From an uncultured Verrucomicrobiae bacterium (GTDB lineage Bacteria > Verrucomicrobiota > Verrucomicrobiia > Chthoniobacterales > Chthoniobacteraceae): a stretch of DNA of 64,000 nt. The position numbers and the translations under genes are program-made. The notes under the pieces are model-generated. The model had not been told where the DNA came from. It made no database searches and was given only the letters and a program-made list of their open reading frames with translations. This document shows, piece after piece, positions 53,921 to 64,000 of this stretch. The DNA is taken from the NCBI GenBank assembly GCA_963836755.1, contig CAWIKF010000002.1, positions 1,056,001 through 1,120,000 on the forward strand. The letters are read 5' to 3'. Each line of letters starts with the position of its first letter. Position 1 is the first letter of the stretch.

Positions 53921-55099
53921 GTGAAGTCGGGCTTTTTGCAGAAACTCATCGAACGGATCGGACGCGTCGGGCCGGAGGAAGTGCAGAATTATCTGGTGCG
54001 GCTGGCGCAGGAGAAAGGTTTTTTTGAAACGATCTTCAACGCGATTCACGAGGGAATCATCGTCACCGATCCGACGGGAAACATCTCGTTCGTCAACCAG
54101 GCGGCGTGCTCGCTTTTCGGGCTGGACAAAGAGGAATGCGCTGGCCGAATGCTGACGGAGCGCGTGCCCGGGCTGCATTGGGAATCGCTGGCGCAGAGCG
54201 AGCAAATCGTCAGCCGCGACATGGAAATTTTTTACCCGCAGAATCGTTTTTTAAACTTTTACGTCGTCCCACTGAATGTCGATACGGACGAGGAAAAGCC
54301 GCGCGGGAAGCGCCGCCGCGCGCAAGGACTCGTCGGCTACGCGATGATTTTGCGCGACATCACCGCATCGCGCCGCTCGACCGAGGAAACGATCGAAAGC
54401 GAGCGGCTGAACGCGCTGACGCTTCTCGCAGCCGGCGTGGCGCACGAGATCGGTAATCCGCTCAACTCGCTGCACATTCATCTGCAATTGATGGAGCGAA
54501 AGTCGCGGAAGATGCCCGAGCCGGGACGCAAGGATTTGCAGGAATCGATCGACATCGCGAAAGGCGAAATCACGCGGCTCGACTACATCATCAACCAATT
54601 CCTCCGCGCGATCCGGCCCGCGCCGCTGCGCACCGAGCCGCAAAATATTAACGCCATTCTCGAGGAATCGATTTCGTTTTTGGCGGCGGAAATCCGGGAC
54701 CGCGACATCATCGTCGAGCGCGAGCTGCGGCCGGATTTGCCGAGCGTGCAGGCGGATCGCGACCAGCTGAAACAGGTTTTTTACAACATCATAAAGAATG
54801 CTTTCCAGGCGATGAAGAGCGAAGGAATTCTGCACATCAAAACCGACTTCGACGATCAGCAGATCATGATACAATTCACGGACACCGGCGGCGGGATTTC
54901 ACCCGATGACATGAGCAAGATTTTCGATCCTTATTTCACGACAAAGCCCGCTGGCACAGGGCTGGGGCTGATGATCGTGCGTCGCATCGTTCGCGAGCAC
55001 GGCGGCGAAATCGACATCATGAACAACGAAGGCCGCGGGATTTCGCTGACGATCCGGCTGCCAATGCGCGACCGTCGCGTGCGGCTTCTCGAGGGATGA
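53921..55099 (+). CDS. PAS sensor histidine kinase (NtrB-like)
   Basis: PAS (HEGIIVTD...VNQAA), LAAGVAHEIGNPL, NIIKNAFQAM, DTGGGI, FDPYFTTK, GTGLGL. Confidence 0.93.
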   Translation: MKSGFLQKLIERIGRVGPEEVQNYLVRLAQEKGFFETIFNAIHEGIIVTDPTGNISFVNQAACSLFGLDKEECAGRMLTERVPGLHWESLAQSEQIVSRDMEIFYPQNRFLNFYVVPLNVDTDEEKPRGKRRRAQGLVGYAMILRDITASRRSTEETIESERLNALTLLAAGVAHEIGNPLNSLHIHLQLMERKSRKMPEPGRKDLQESIDIAKGEITRLDYIINQFLRAIRPAPLRTEPQNINAILEESISFLAAEIRDRDIIVERELRPDLPSVQADRDQLKQVFYNIIKNAFQAMKSEGILHIKTDFDDQQIMIQFTDTGGGISPDDMSKIFDPYFTTKPAGTGLGLMIVRRIVREHGGEIDIMNNEGRGISLTIRLPMRDRRVRLLEG

Positions 55100-56355
55100 A
55101 CGCGTGGCGGCGATTCCTGTTTTTCGGACTGCTCGGCGCCGGCGTGCTGCTGGTCGCGCTGTATTTGTTTTTAACAACGGCCGCTGAGCCGGCACTCAAA
55201 TCGACCGCTGCGTCTCGCACGCCGGTTGCGCCTGATATTTCCGCAAAACCCGCGCCATCGCATGCGGCGGAAACTCCGCGGCCATCGACGCCTTCGCCCG
55301 CGCCGACTCATCCGCCGGGAGCGAATGCGGCAGATTTTTACAAAGACGCCATCGCACTTTTCCACGCGCTGACGGATGAGGAAAAAAAAGCGCTCGCGCA
55401 CTTTGACCCGAAGATGGATCCCGAAAAAGCCGCGGCGCTTTTCGCAAAAATCCAGCCGATCATGGATCTGCTCCGGCGCGCAAAGTCCGAAGCGACTTAT
55501 GCCGATTGGGGCATAGGGCTGCTCCGTTTCGACTCACCGATGCCGCATATCATGGCGGCGGTTTCGCTCGGCCAGGTCGCGCGCTGGAGTGCGGCGTATC
55601 GTTTTCCCACCGATGCTGCGGGCGCATTGAACGACCTCGCCGCCGAGTCGCAACTAGGTGCGAGCATGGCGGATCAAGCGATGATCGGAATGATGGTCTC
55701 GAGCTCATTCACGAACAGCTCGATCAATCTCATTCACGACAATCTCGGCTCCATCCCGCCCGAGCTCATGCCGCAGGTCGCGCAAATGTTTACCGCGTCA
55801 GACATCAGCGCCGACCTCGCCAGCGGCATGAAGGCGGAAAGCGATTCCATCCAGAACTCGCTCAAATCTCTCAACGATCCCGCGCAGCAGGAAAAATTGG
55901 CGAGAATGTTGCAAGGGATGCCGACTGGGAATGGCGAGAAGATGACTGCCGCGGAAATTCAGGCACAACTTGCCACACTGCCTGAGCAGGCCGCATGGCT
56001 CACGCAAGTGAACCAGGATTTCGCGCAAAAAGCGCTGCTGCCCGACGCGCAATTCCAGCAGTGGTGGGCTTCCGTGCAGGATCAGGCAAAGGCACGGCCG
56101 TTCGTTTCGCTCGTCCTGCCGGCGCTCAACGGCGTGCGCAGCTCGCTCGTCAACGCCAGCGTCAATCGCGCCATGCTCTCGGCAGGAATTGCCGTGATGC
56201 AAAGTGGCCCCGCTGCATACGCGACCGTGATCGATCCCTCGACCGGGCGCCCTTTTATTTATGTGCCGACCGCGAACGGCTTTGAACTCCATTCGCCGTT
56301 CCTTTTCAGAAACAAAGCCGTTGTCAGGTCATTTGCGTCGCCAGCCGCGCAGTGA
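55096..56355 (+). CDS. Membrane-anchored hypothetical protein
   Basis: ATGA overlap with the kinase; N-terminal TM, Pro-rich linker, helical body, C-terminal DPSTGRPFIY...GFELHS. Confidence 0.78.
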   Translation: MNAWRRFLFFGLLGAGVLLVALYLFLTTAAEPALKSTAASRTPVAPDISAKPAPSHAAETPRPSTPSPAPTHPPGANAADFYKDAIALFHALTDEEKKALAHFDPKMDPEKAAALFAKIQPIMDLLRRAKSEATYADWGIGLLRFDSPMPHIMAAVSLGQVARWSAAYRFPTDAAGALNDLAAESQLGASMADQAMIGMMVSSSFTNSSINLIHDNLGSIPPELMPQVAQMFTASDISADLASGMKAESDSIQNSLKSLNDPAQQEKLARMLQGMPTGNGEKMTAAEIQAQLATLPEQAAWLTQVNQDFAQKALLPDAQFQQWWASVQDQAKARPFVSLVLPALNGVRSSLVNASVNRAMLSAGIAVMQSGPAAYATVIDPSTGRPFIYVPTANGFELHSPFLFRNKAVVRSFASPAAQ

Positions 56356-56366
56356 ATCGCTTCCGC

Positions 56367-56999
56367 TTAAAAATAATCTTTCTCGGCGTGCAATCGCGAC
56401 TCGAGCGTGCCAAGCGGCGCGGTTTCATGGACGAGGCCGGCGGCGCTGATGGAACGAAAGCGCGAAAGGTGCAAACCACTTTTTTGCAACTGCTCGGCCA
56501 CCCAGTAATTGCACATTTTCGGAAAATAAAACGATTCGCGCGCGGCGTAAAATTCGCTGCCGGGCACGAAACCGTCTTCGATGCGAATCGGCTTCCCCGC
56601 TGCATTGCGGGCAAATTCGCCATCAATCCTCGCGCGCAATTTTTCGAAACTTTGACGCGATAACTCGAGGCGAATCACATCGCTGTGCGAATACTTTGAC
56701 GCAACTTTTTCGCGGAGCGGGACGAGCAGCAGCACGCTCGGCGTCGGCCATAGAACGGCGCTGCACGCGGTCGATGCGTTCACGTTTCCGCGATACCATT
56801 GCGAGTCGCCCCAGCCGATGAGTAAAAAGTTTGCGTCGTGCGCAACGGGCAGCGCGCGCAGTTCCGGCACGTCGCGCACGCGCACCGCTAGGGAGCTGTG
56901 AAAGCCGTTGCTGACGATCCAGACCGGTGTCGAAAATGCGTTCGAGGAAAATCCGAGCGCGAGGAGCAACGCGATTGCGAGGCAGCGGCAGGTCGGCAT
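56367..56999 (-). CDS. Exported DUF2459-like protein
   Basis: Signal peptide; NGFHSSL, IGWGD..WY, FYAA...FYFPKMCNYWVA. Confidence 0.75.
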   Translation of the reverse strand: MPTCRCLAIALLLALGFSSNAFSTPVWIVSNGFHSSLAVRVRDVPELRALPVAHDANFLLIGWGDSQWYRGNVNASTACSAVLWPTPSVLLLVPLREKVASKYSHSDVIRLELSRQSFEKLRARIDGEFARNAAGKPIRIEDGFVPGSEFYAARESFYFPKMCNYWVAEQLQKSGLHLSRFRSISAAGLVHETAPLGTLESRLHAEKDYF

Positions 57000-57085
57000 T
57001 TGTTTTCACTTTGTTCCCAGCCGATGCGCGACGGCAACGAGAAGTTGTGTCGCCGCGGAAGTTCCGCCATTTTTGCGGCGCATCA

Positions 57086-58492
57086 ATGAATCCCACGATT
57101 CTCATCGTTGACGACGAGAAACACACGCGCGACGGGCTGCGCGCGGCGCTCGAGGAGCGTTTCGATGTCTACGTCGCGGCCGAGATCGCGGGCGCGATGA
57201 ACGTTTTGGAAAATGAAAGCGTCCAGTTGCTCGTGACCGATCTGCGGCTCGGCGGCGACGATGGGATGAAGCTCATCGACCGCGCGTTGAAGATGCCGCA
57301 TCCGCCGATCTGCATCATGATGACGGCCTACGGATCGGTGGACACGGCGGTCGAAGCGATGAAGCATGGCGCGTATGATTTCGTGACGAAGCCGATCAAC
57401 ATCGATCGGCTGGAGATCCTGATCCAGCGGGCCTTGCGAGGCCGCGAGGCGGAGACGGAAGTCAAGGAACTCCGGCAGCAAGTGGAGAAAAAGTTCGGCG
57501 TTGAAAACATCATCGGCGACTCGCTCGTAATGCAGGAAATTTTTGACACGATCAAACAAGTCGCGCCCGTGCGGACGACGGTTTTGATCGAGGGCGAGAG
57601 CGGCACGGGCAAGGAATTGGTCGCGCACGCGATCCATAATTTGAGCAATCGGGCGAAGTCAAAATTCGTCGCAGTGCATTGCGCTGCGCTTTCGCCGCAG
57701 CTTTTGGAGAGCGAACTTTTCGGGCACGAGCGCGGCGCATTCACCGGCGCGGTCGAGCGTCGCGTCGGTCGGTTCGAGCAGGCGAACGGCGGGACGATTT
57801 TTCTCGATGAAATCGGCGAGATCGACGCGAGCACGCAGGTGAAACTTTTACGCGTTCTGGGCGAGCGCGAGTTTGAGCGCGTGGGTGGAAATTCGCCGTT
57901 GAAAGTGGATGTGCGGCTGATCGCGGCGACGAACAGGAACCTCGAAAAAATGGTCGCCGAGGAAAAATTTCGCGACGATTTATTTTATCGATTGAATGTC
58001 GTCAAAATCACGCTGCCGGCTTTGCGCCAGCGCAAGGAAGACATCCCGGTGCTCGTGAACGCATTTCTAAAATCGTTCGCGAAAGAAAACGAAAAGCCGT
58101 TTCGCGAGCTGACGTCGGAGGCGATGAATACGATCCTCTCCTACAATTGGCCCGGCAATGTCCGCGAGCTCCGGACGGCGATCGAGCATGGAGTGGTGAT
58201 GGCGACTGGCGCCAAAATTTCGGTGCGCGATTTGCCGATGAATCTGCGGGAAGCGGCGCCGCCAAACTCGGCGAGTGCGGCGCGTTTCCTCGTGCAGCAA
58301 GGGCAGCATTTGAATTTGCACGAAACTGAACATCGCCTCATGATGCGCGCTCTTGACGAATGCGACGGTAACATTACAAAGGCGGCGCAGAAGCTCGGGA
58401 TCAGCCGCCGCACATTGCACCGCAAACTGAAAGCGTTGCGCGACGGCGAGACTCTCGCTGAAGATAAAACCCCGGCTCCTCCGAATCCGTAA
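57086..58492 (+). CDS. Sigma-54-dependent response regulator (NtrC/AtoC family)
   Basis: Receiver (IVDDE, TDLRL, MTAYG, KP), GESGTGKE, ESELFGHERGAFTGA, FLDEIGE, WPGNVREL, Fis-type HTH. Confidence 0.96.
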   Translation: MNPTILIVDDEKHTRDGLRAALEERFDVYVAAEIAGAMNVLENESVQLLVTDLRLGGDDGMKLIDRALKMPHPPICIMMTAYGSVDTAVEAMKHGAYDFVTKPINIDRLEILIQRALRGREAETEVKELRQQVEKKFGVENIIGDSLVMQEIFDTIKQVAPVRTTVLIEGESGTGKELVAHAIHNLSNRAKSKFVAVHCAALSPQLLESELFGHERGAFTGAVERRVGRFEQANGGTIFLDEIGEIDASTQVKLLRVLGEREFERVGGNSPLKVDVRLIAATNRNLEKMVAEEKFRDDLFYRLNVVKITLPALRQRKEDIPVLVNAFLKSFAKENEKPFRELTSEAMNTILSYNWPGNVRELRTAIEHGVVMATGAKISVRDLPMNLREAAPPNSASAARFLVQQGQHLNLHETEHRLMMRALDECDGNITKAAQKLGISRRTLHRKLKALRDGETLAEDKTPAPPNP

Positions 58493-58504
58493 ATTTTTTA
58501 ATCC

Positions 58505-60274
58505 GTGGCGTTTGAAACCCAAGTCCAAAGCTTTGTCCGCTCCGTCGATACCGGCAAATGGCGGGAGATTTTGCTCTTTCTTTTGCTCGGCGCGGCGTGC
58601 GCCGGCGTATGGGTCATTTTTATATTCGGCCAGTTCCGCGGCATAAGCTCGGAGAAGGCGATGGACCAGGCGCAGATCGCGCGCGAGCTGGCTCGCGGCA
58701 ATGGATTTTCCACGAAGTTCGTCCGGCCTGCGGCGATCGCGCAGTTCGAGCAAAACAAACACGTGTTCCCCTCGACGAACACACCGGACACTTACAACGC
58801 GCCGCTCTATCCGTGGTTCAATTCCTGGCTGCTGCGCTGCACGAAAAGTTCCTGGGCGATGACGCAAAAGGATGTCGTTTACACGAGCGATCGCGTGATT
58901 GCGGCGATCGCGCTGATGCTTTTTTTCCTGTCGGTCGTCGTCAATTATTTCACGGCGAAACGGCTCTTCGATCGGCGGCTCGCACTGCTCGGGATGGGCT
59001 TGGTTTTGCTGGCCGATGCGTTCTGGAAGTTCTCGGTGTCGGGATTGCCGCAGGCGATGATGCTGCTCATTTTCAGCGGCTGCACGCATGCACTCGTGCG
59101 CGCGCTGGAAGCGAGGCGCGAAGGCCGGATCGCGTGGTTCTGGCTCGCCGCGACCGGTGCGATGTTTGGGCTGCTCGCGCTGACACACGCGCTGACGATT
59201 TGGATTTTTCTCGGCGCGCTTTTGTTTCTCGCCCTGGCGTTCTGGCCGCCGACAAAGTATTGGTGGATGCGCGGTTTGAAAAATCCCGCGCTGCTGGTGC
59301 TGGTGGTGTTCCTGCTTTTTTACGTGCCGTGGCTGGTGCGGACTTATCACGCTTGCGGCAGTCCGTTCGGCGTCGCGGCTTATTCGGTGCTTTTTCAAAT
59401 TCGCGGCACGGAAAGCCAGGTGATGCGCTCGCTGACGCCGAGCTTCAGCGGAGTCGGATTGGCGACCTTTCGCAGCAAAATCCAAAACCAGGTCGTCGGT
59501 CAGTTCGGCAATATTTACGGACTGCTCGGGCAATCCCTTGTCGCGCCGCTTTTTTTCGTGGCGCTGTTGCACTTGTTTAAAAATCCGGTCACGAGCCTTT
59601 TTCGGTGGTGCATCCTCTTGATGTGGCTTTTTGCGCTGCTCGGCATGGCGGTTTTCGGCTTCGCCGATGAAGGGACATTGCAGTCGAATGATCTGCACCT
59701 GCTCTTCATCCCGATTTTTATTTTTTACGGGCTCGCTTTCGTGCTGGTGCTCTGGACGCGCGTGACGAACGAGCGGCCGAAGCTGAATCTGCGGATGATC
59801 AACGTCACTTTTCTGACGATCATTTTTCTCATCTCAGGCTTTCCGCTCGTGAACACGCTCCTCAGCGGTTCGCCGTTGCGCGTCCAATGGCCACCCTACG
59901 TGCCGCCATTCATCGCGATCCTCAATAAATGGACATCGGAAAATGAATACATCGCCTCGGACATGCCATGGGCCGTGGCGTGGTATGCCGATCGCAAGAG
60001 CCTTTGGCTGCCGGATTCGATCAAAGATTTTCTGGCGCTGAGCGATTACAACCGGCTCGGCGGCCCGCTCGCCGGACTTTACCTGACGCCGGAGACCGGG
60101 AACAAGGCGCTCATCTCCGATGTGGTCAAAGGCGAATACAAAGAGTGGGCGCCGTTCATCCTGCGGAATGTCAACATGCGCGATTTTCCCTTGCACGCAG
60201 CGACCGCACTGCCGTTGGATAACGAATGCATTTTTTACTCCGACCGGCCTCGCTGGTCGGAGAAAACGGATTAA
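58505..60274 (+). CDS. Polytopic membrane protein, GT-C/ArnT-PMT (GT39)-like glycosyltransferase
   Basis: About 11-13 TM helices; MDQAQIARELARGNGF first loop, APLYP motif, soluble C-terminal domain (SDMPWAVAWY). Confidence 0.65.
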   Translation: MAFETQVQSFVRSVDTGKWREILLFLLLGAACAGVWVIFIFGQFRGISSEKAMDQAQIARELARGNGFSTKFVRPAAIAQFEQNKHVFPSTNTPDTYNAPLYPWFNSWLLRCTKSSWAMTQKDVVYTSDRVIAAIALMLFFLSVVVNYFTAKRLFDRRLALLGMGLVLLADAFWKFSVSGLPQAMMLLIFSGCTHALVRALEARREGRIAWFWLAATGAMFGLLALTHALTIWIFLGALLFLALAFWPPTKYWWMRGLKNPALLVLVVFLLFYVPWLVRTYHACGSPFGVAAYSVLFQIRGTESQVMRSLTPSFSGVGLATFRSKIQNQVVGQFGNIYGLLGQSLVAPLFFVALLHLFKNPVTSLFRWCILLMWLFALLGMAVFGFADEGTLQSNDLHLLFIPIFIFYGLAFVLVLWTRVTNERPKLNLRMINVTFLTIIFLISGFPLVNTLLSGSPLRVQWPPYVPPFIAILNKWTSENEYIASDMPWAVAWYADRKSLWLPDSIKDFLALSDYNRLGGPLAGLYLTPETGNKALISDVVKGEYKEWAPFILRNVNMRDFPLHAATALPLDNECIFYSDRPRWSEKTD

Positions 60275-60276
60275 CG

Positions 60277-60579
60277 ATGGCGACCAACGATCAGCCGACA
60301 TTTGAAAGCGCGATGGAGCAGCTCGAGGAAATCGTGGCAAAGATGGAATCGGACACGCTCCCGCTCGAGGAGCTGCTGACGCGCTATGAGGAAGGGCTGA
60401 AGCTCGTGAAATTATGCGAGGAGAAACTTGACGCCGCCGAGAAGCGCATCGAAATCATCACCCGCGACGCACGCGGAAAAACGAAGCTGGTGGATTTTGA
60501 GCCAACAGCGAAGCCGACTGGTGAAGCGGCGCCGAATCCCGCCGCACGCAGCAAGACCCCCGACGTTCGGCTTTTTTAG
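60277..60579 (+). CDS. xseB: Exodeoxyribonuclease VII small subunit
   Basis: TFESAMEQLEEIVAKMES..LPLEE....YEEGLKL...C...L..AEKRI. Confidence 0.95.
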   Translation: MATNDQPTFESAMEQLEEIVAKMESDTLPLEELLTRYEEGLKLVKLCEEKLDAAEKRIEIITRDARGKTKLVDFEPTAKPTGEAAPNPAARSKTPDVRLF

Positions 60580-60591
60580 AAAATCAAAACA

Positions 60592-62505
60592 ATGCGATTT
60601 TTAGACCAGATCCATTCCCCCGCGGACATCAAATCTCTCGATGAAAAAGATCTGCCGCAGCTCGCGCAGGAAGTCCGCGAGGAGCTCGTCACGGTGCTCT
60701 CGGAAAAAAATCCCAACTCCGTCGGCGGCCATCTCGGCCCGAATCTCGGCGTCGTCGAGCTAACGATCGCATTGCACCGCGTTTTCACGACGCCACAGGA
60801 CAAGTTTGTATTTGACGTGAGCCATCAAGGTTACGTGCACAAACTTTTCACCGGACGGCGCGAACGTTTCAATACGATGCGCCAGTATGAAGGGCTCAAC
60901 GGCTTTTTGCTGCGCAGCGAAAGCGATCACGACTGCTACGGCGCCGGCCACGCGGGCACCGCACTTTCAGCCGCGCTCGGCATGGCCGTCGGGCGCGACA
61001 TGGCGGGCACGGATGACCACGTCGTTGCCATCGCGGGCGACGCCGCATTGACCTGCGGCATCAGTTACGAAGCGCTAAACAACGTTGCTCACTCGACGAA
61101 AAAATTCATCGTCGTCCTCAACGACAACGAATGGTCGATCGCGAAAAACGTTGGCGCCATTGCCCATTATCTCAACAAAATCGCGACGAGCCCGACCTAT
61201 GCGCATTTGCACGATCAGGCCGCGAAACTCGTGCAGGCATTTGCCGGCAAACACGCCGTCAATCTCGCGCATCGCGTCGAGACTGGCGTCAAAAGTCTGC
61301 TGCTGCCGAGCGTCCTTTTCGAAGATCTCGGCCTTCGCTATTACGGGCCGATCGACGGGCACGACATCCCGCTGCTCATCCGCACATTCGAGTTTCTCAA
61401 GACGCAGAACGAACCGGTCATCCTCCACATCCTCACGCAAAAAGGCAAAGGCTACGCGCCCGCGATCGAGAAGCCGGACAAATTTCACGGCCTCGGGAAA
61501 TTTCAGGCCGAGACAGGCGCGACCGCGGCCAGCAGCGCACCGACCTACTCCGAGTTGCTCGGCAAAACGCTCGCGAAATTTGCCGACACGAACAACAAAA
61601 TCTGCGCGATCACCGGTGCGATGCCGACCGGCACGGGTTTGATTTTTTTCCAGCAAAAGCACCCGGAGAAATATTTTGACGTCGGTATCGCGGAGGAGCA
61701 CGCGGCGCTTTTCGCATGCGGCCTCGCTGTGCAAGGTTTTAAGCCTTTTTTAACGATCTACTCGACCTTCATGCAGCGCGCTTATGACATGATCATTCAC
61801 GACATGGCGCTGCAAAATCTCAACGTCGCGCTTTGCATGGACCGCGCCGGATTGAGCGGCGACGACGGCCCGACGCATCACGGACTTTTCGACATCGGCT
61901 ATCTGCGGCACGTGCCGGGCATCATCCACATGCAGCCGAAGGACGAGGAGGAATTTGTCGACATGCTCTGGACGATGGCGCATCACAATTCCGGCCCGAT
62001 CGCGATCCGTTATCCGCGCGGGGCCGGCACTGGCGCGAAACCAAAAGAGATGCCGAAGCTGCTCGAAATCGGCAAAGCGGAAGTGGTGAAACACGGCACG
62101 CAAGTCGCATTTTTCGGCCTCGGCAACATGTGCTCTGTGGCCGCGGAAGCCGCTCAGATGCTGGAAGCGCAGGGAATTTCCTGCGCGGTCATCAACCCGC
62201 GTTGGATCAAGCCGCTCGATGCGGGGACGATTGAATTTTTCGCGCGCAGCGTGGACGTTATTTGCACGCTGGAAGACCACGTGCTGCACAATGGTTTCGG
62301 CTGCGGCGTCATCGAGTTGCTCAACGACGCCGGCATCAAGACGCCGGTCGTGCGTGTCGGCTGGCCCGACCAATTTGTCGAGCACGGCGCCGTCGATATT
62401 TTACGGCGCAAGCATGGCCTGACTGCGCAGGCCGCCGTGGAAAAAGTTCTTCCGTTCGTCAAAACAAAAGTGGGCGCGCGTCCGGAGCCAAAGACCGCGG
62501 CGTAA
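60592..62505 (+). CDS. dxs: 1-deoxy-D-xylulose-5-phosphate synthase
   Basis: GGHLGPNLGVVELTIALH, FDVSHQGY.HK, GDAALT, LNDNEWSI, DVGIAEEHA, YSTFMQRAYD, DGPTHHG, IRYPRG. Confidence 0.98.
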   Translation: MRFLDQIHSPADIKSLDEKDLPQLAQEVREELVTVLSEKNPNSVGGHLGPNLGVVELTIALHRVFTTPQDKFVFDVSHQGYVHKLFTGRRERFNTMRQYEGLNGFLLRSESDHDCYGAGHAGTALSAALGMAVGRDMAGTDDHVVAIAGDAALTCGISYEALNNVAHSTKKFIVVLNDNEWSIAKNVGAIAHYLNKIATSPTYAHLHDQAAKLVQAFAGKHAVNLAHRVETGVKSLLLPSVLFEDLGLRYYGPIDGHDIPLLIRTFEFLKTQNEPVILHILTQKGKGYAPAIEKPDKFHGLGKFQAETGATAASSAPTYSELLGKTLAKFADTNNKICAITGAMPTGTGLIFFQQKHPEKYFDVGIAEEHAALFACGLAVQGFKPFLTIYSTFMQRAYDMIIHDMALQNLNVALCMDRAGLSGDDGPTHHGLFDIGYLRHVPGIIHMQPKDEEEFVDMLWTMAHHNSGPIAIRYPRGAGTGAKPKEMPKLLEIGKAEVVKHGTQVAFFGLGNMCSVAAEAAQMLEAQGISCAVINPRWIKPLDAGTIEFFARSVDVICTLEDHVLHNGFGCGVIELLNDAGIKTPVVRVGWPDQFVEHGAVDILRRKHGLTAQAAVEKVLPFVKTKVGARPEPKTAA

Positions 62506-62526
62506 GCTTTTGCGGGGTTTCGGGGT

Positions 62527-64000
62527 GTGAAATTGACGCGGGACGAGCTGGAGCAAAGGCTGCGTCGCGCGGAGGCGTTGCTGCGCGAGCGGGAAGAGGA
62601 AACGCGGATCGCGTTTGAATTATCCGGCGTCGGCCAGGTCATCGCCGATGCCGAGACGACGCGCTTTTTGCGCGTCAACCAAAGCTTCTGCGTGATGATG
62701 GGCTACAGCGAGGCGGAGCTTCTGGAGCTGAGCGCGCGGGAAATTTCGCACCCAGACGACGCGGACATTTTCAGCGGGACTTTTTACCCAAAAATCCAGA
62801 GCGGCGAGATCTCCGAATACGTGACGGAAAAGCGTTACGTGCATCGGCGAGGGGACGTCGTCTGGGTTTCGATCAATGCGATGATGCTGCCCGATCGGGC
62901 GCGCCGGCCGCGGCGGATTGCGGCATTGATCCGCGACATCAGCGCGCAAAAAAAAGCGGAGCAATCTGCGATGCAGAGCGCGACAATGTTTCGCGCGATC
63001 TTCGAAAACTCGGTCGATGCGATCGCGGTTTACGAGGGATATTTTCACGCGATGGTGAACCCGGCTTACGTCAAACTTTTCGGCTACTCTGACGCGGCGG
63101 AGTTGATCGGAAAGCCCGGTCCTGACTTGATCGCGCCCGCCGCGCGAGAGCGGATCAAACGGCGGATCGCGGCGCGACTGCGCGGCGAGATCGTCCCCGC
63201 GGCGTATGTCACGCGCGGGCTGCGGCGCGACGGCACCGAGTTCGATCTCGACATTCACGCCTCTTATTTTGAGATCGACGGCGGCCAATTTCGTCTCGTG
63301 ATTTTGCGTGACGTTACGAAAAAACTGCTCGCGGAAAAAATCCTCAAGAAGTCGCGCGCCGAACTTGAACTGCGCGTCGCGGAGCGCACTGCGGAGCTGA
63401 GCAGGGCGAACGCGAGGCTACAGCGCGCGAGCCGGCATCGCAAAAGACTGGAGACGGAATTGTGGGCAGCGACCGATCGCGAGCAGGAGCGGATCGGCGC
63501 TGATTTGCACGATGGCCTCGGCCAGCAGCTCGCGGGCATCGGCTACTTTGTGAGCGCGATGGAAATGCGCAATCCCGGCGCGTCGCCGCGGCTCGCCGCT
63601 GACCTGCGGCACATCTCGGCCTTCCTGAACAATGCGGTCGCGCAAACGCGCGAGATCGCGCGCGGTCTTTATCCGCCGGAGCTCGAGAAAGGGTTATTTG
63701 TCGCGCTGGAAAAATTCGCCGAGAACGTGGCGCGCACGCACGAAATCGAATGCAACTTTTCTTGCGCAAAAAAGTTCGCGATTAAAAAAAGTGCCGCGAA
63801 TCAGCTTTATCGCATCGCGCAGGAAGCAGTCACGAATGCGCTTCGACACGGGCGCGCGACGCGCATCACGCTCGAGCTCATCTGCGCGCGCTCGCGGGGT
63901 CGTTTGGTGATTCGCGACAACGGCTCCGGCAAATTTGACGCCATAAAAAAGTCGCATGGGCTTGGGCTGCGGACGATGCGCAACCGCGCCGGACTTCTCG
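62527..64000 (+). CDS. Dual-PAS sensor histidine kinase (HisKA_3/NarX-UhpB type), runs off window edge
   Basis: Manual translation: RVNQSFCVMMGYSEAELL...SHPDD (PAS), second PAS VNPAYVKLFGY, ERIGADLHDGLGQQLAG, LYRIAQEAVTNALRHG, DNGSG, GLGLRTM. Not in the ORF track. Confidence 0.92.
   Translation, partial: MKLTRDELEQRLRRAEALLREREEETRIAFELSGVGQVIADAETTRFLRVNQSFCVMMGYSEAELLELSAREISHPDDADIFSGTFYPKIQSGEISEYVTEKRYVHRRGDVVWVSINAMMLPDRARRPRRIAALIRDISAQKKAEQSAMQSATMFRAIFENSVDAIAVYEGYFHAMVNPAYVKLFGYSDAAELIGKPGPDLIAPAARERIKRRIAARLRGEIVPAAYVTRGLRRDGTEFDLDIHASYFEIDGGQFRLVILRDVTKKLLAEKILKKSRAELELRVAERTAELSRANARLQRASRHRKRLETELWAATDREQERIGADLHDGLGQQLAGIGYFVSAMEMRNPGASPRLAADLRHISAFLNNAVAQTREIARGLYPPELEKGLFVALEKFAENVARTHEIECNFSCAKKFAIKKSAANQLYRIAQEAVTNALRHGRATRITLELICARSRGRLVIRDNGSGKFDAIKKSHGLGLRTMRNRAGLL

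Overview
A gene-dense, GC-rich (about 60% by eye) stretch of bacterial core chromosome. Gene content and style (topB next to dprA, ThrRS without a TGS domain, a W-x-x-x-D-P repeat protein) suggest Verrucomicrobiota, probably Chthoniobacterales-like; this is inference. It holds about 52 CDS, mostly housekeeping: glmS, a moaD-moaE-moeA-moaC-mogA block, topB/dprA, queG/aroK, purEK-sua5-murJ-gdh-proC, dac/bioF, pgl/fabG/glgC/fba/pyrF/treY, phoBR-like genes, infC, thrS, an NtrB/NtrC-type pair and xseB/dxs. There is one tRNA-Pro(CGG). I found no rRNA, CRISPR array, integrase or transposase. The most striking feature is a 2672-aa soluble protein (10942-18960) with a duplicated globular head and a proline-free rod of about 2430 aa, built from His-anchored 11-residue repeats punctuated by heptads; it is a candidate cytoskeletal or scaffold filament. 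Other points: a 74-aa helical segment replacing a short loop in a compositionally mosaic thrS, followed by an LRR gene; an infC that must start at a non-canonical codon (ATC behind AAGGAG); and two single-base frameshifts (probable sequencing errors) that create a false Sua5-MurJ fusion. Two sensor kinases at the window edges are absent from the ORF track.
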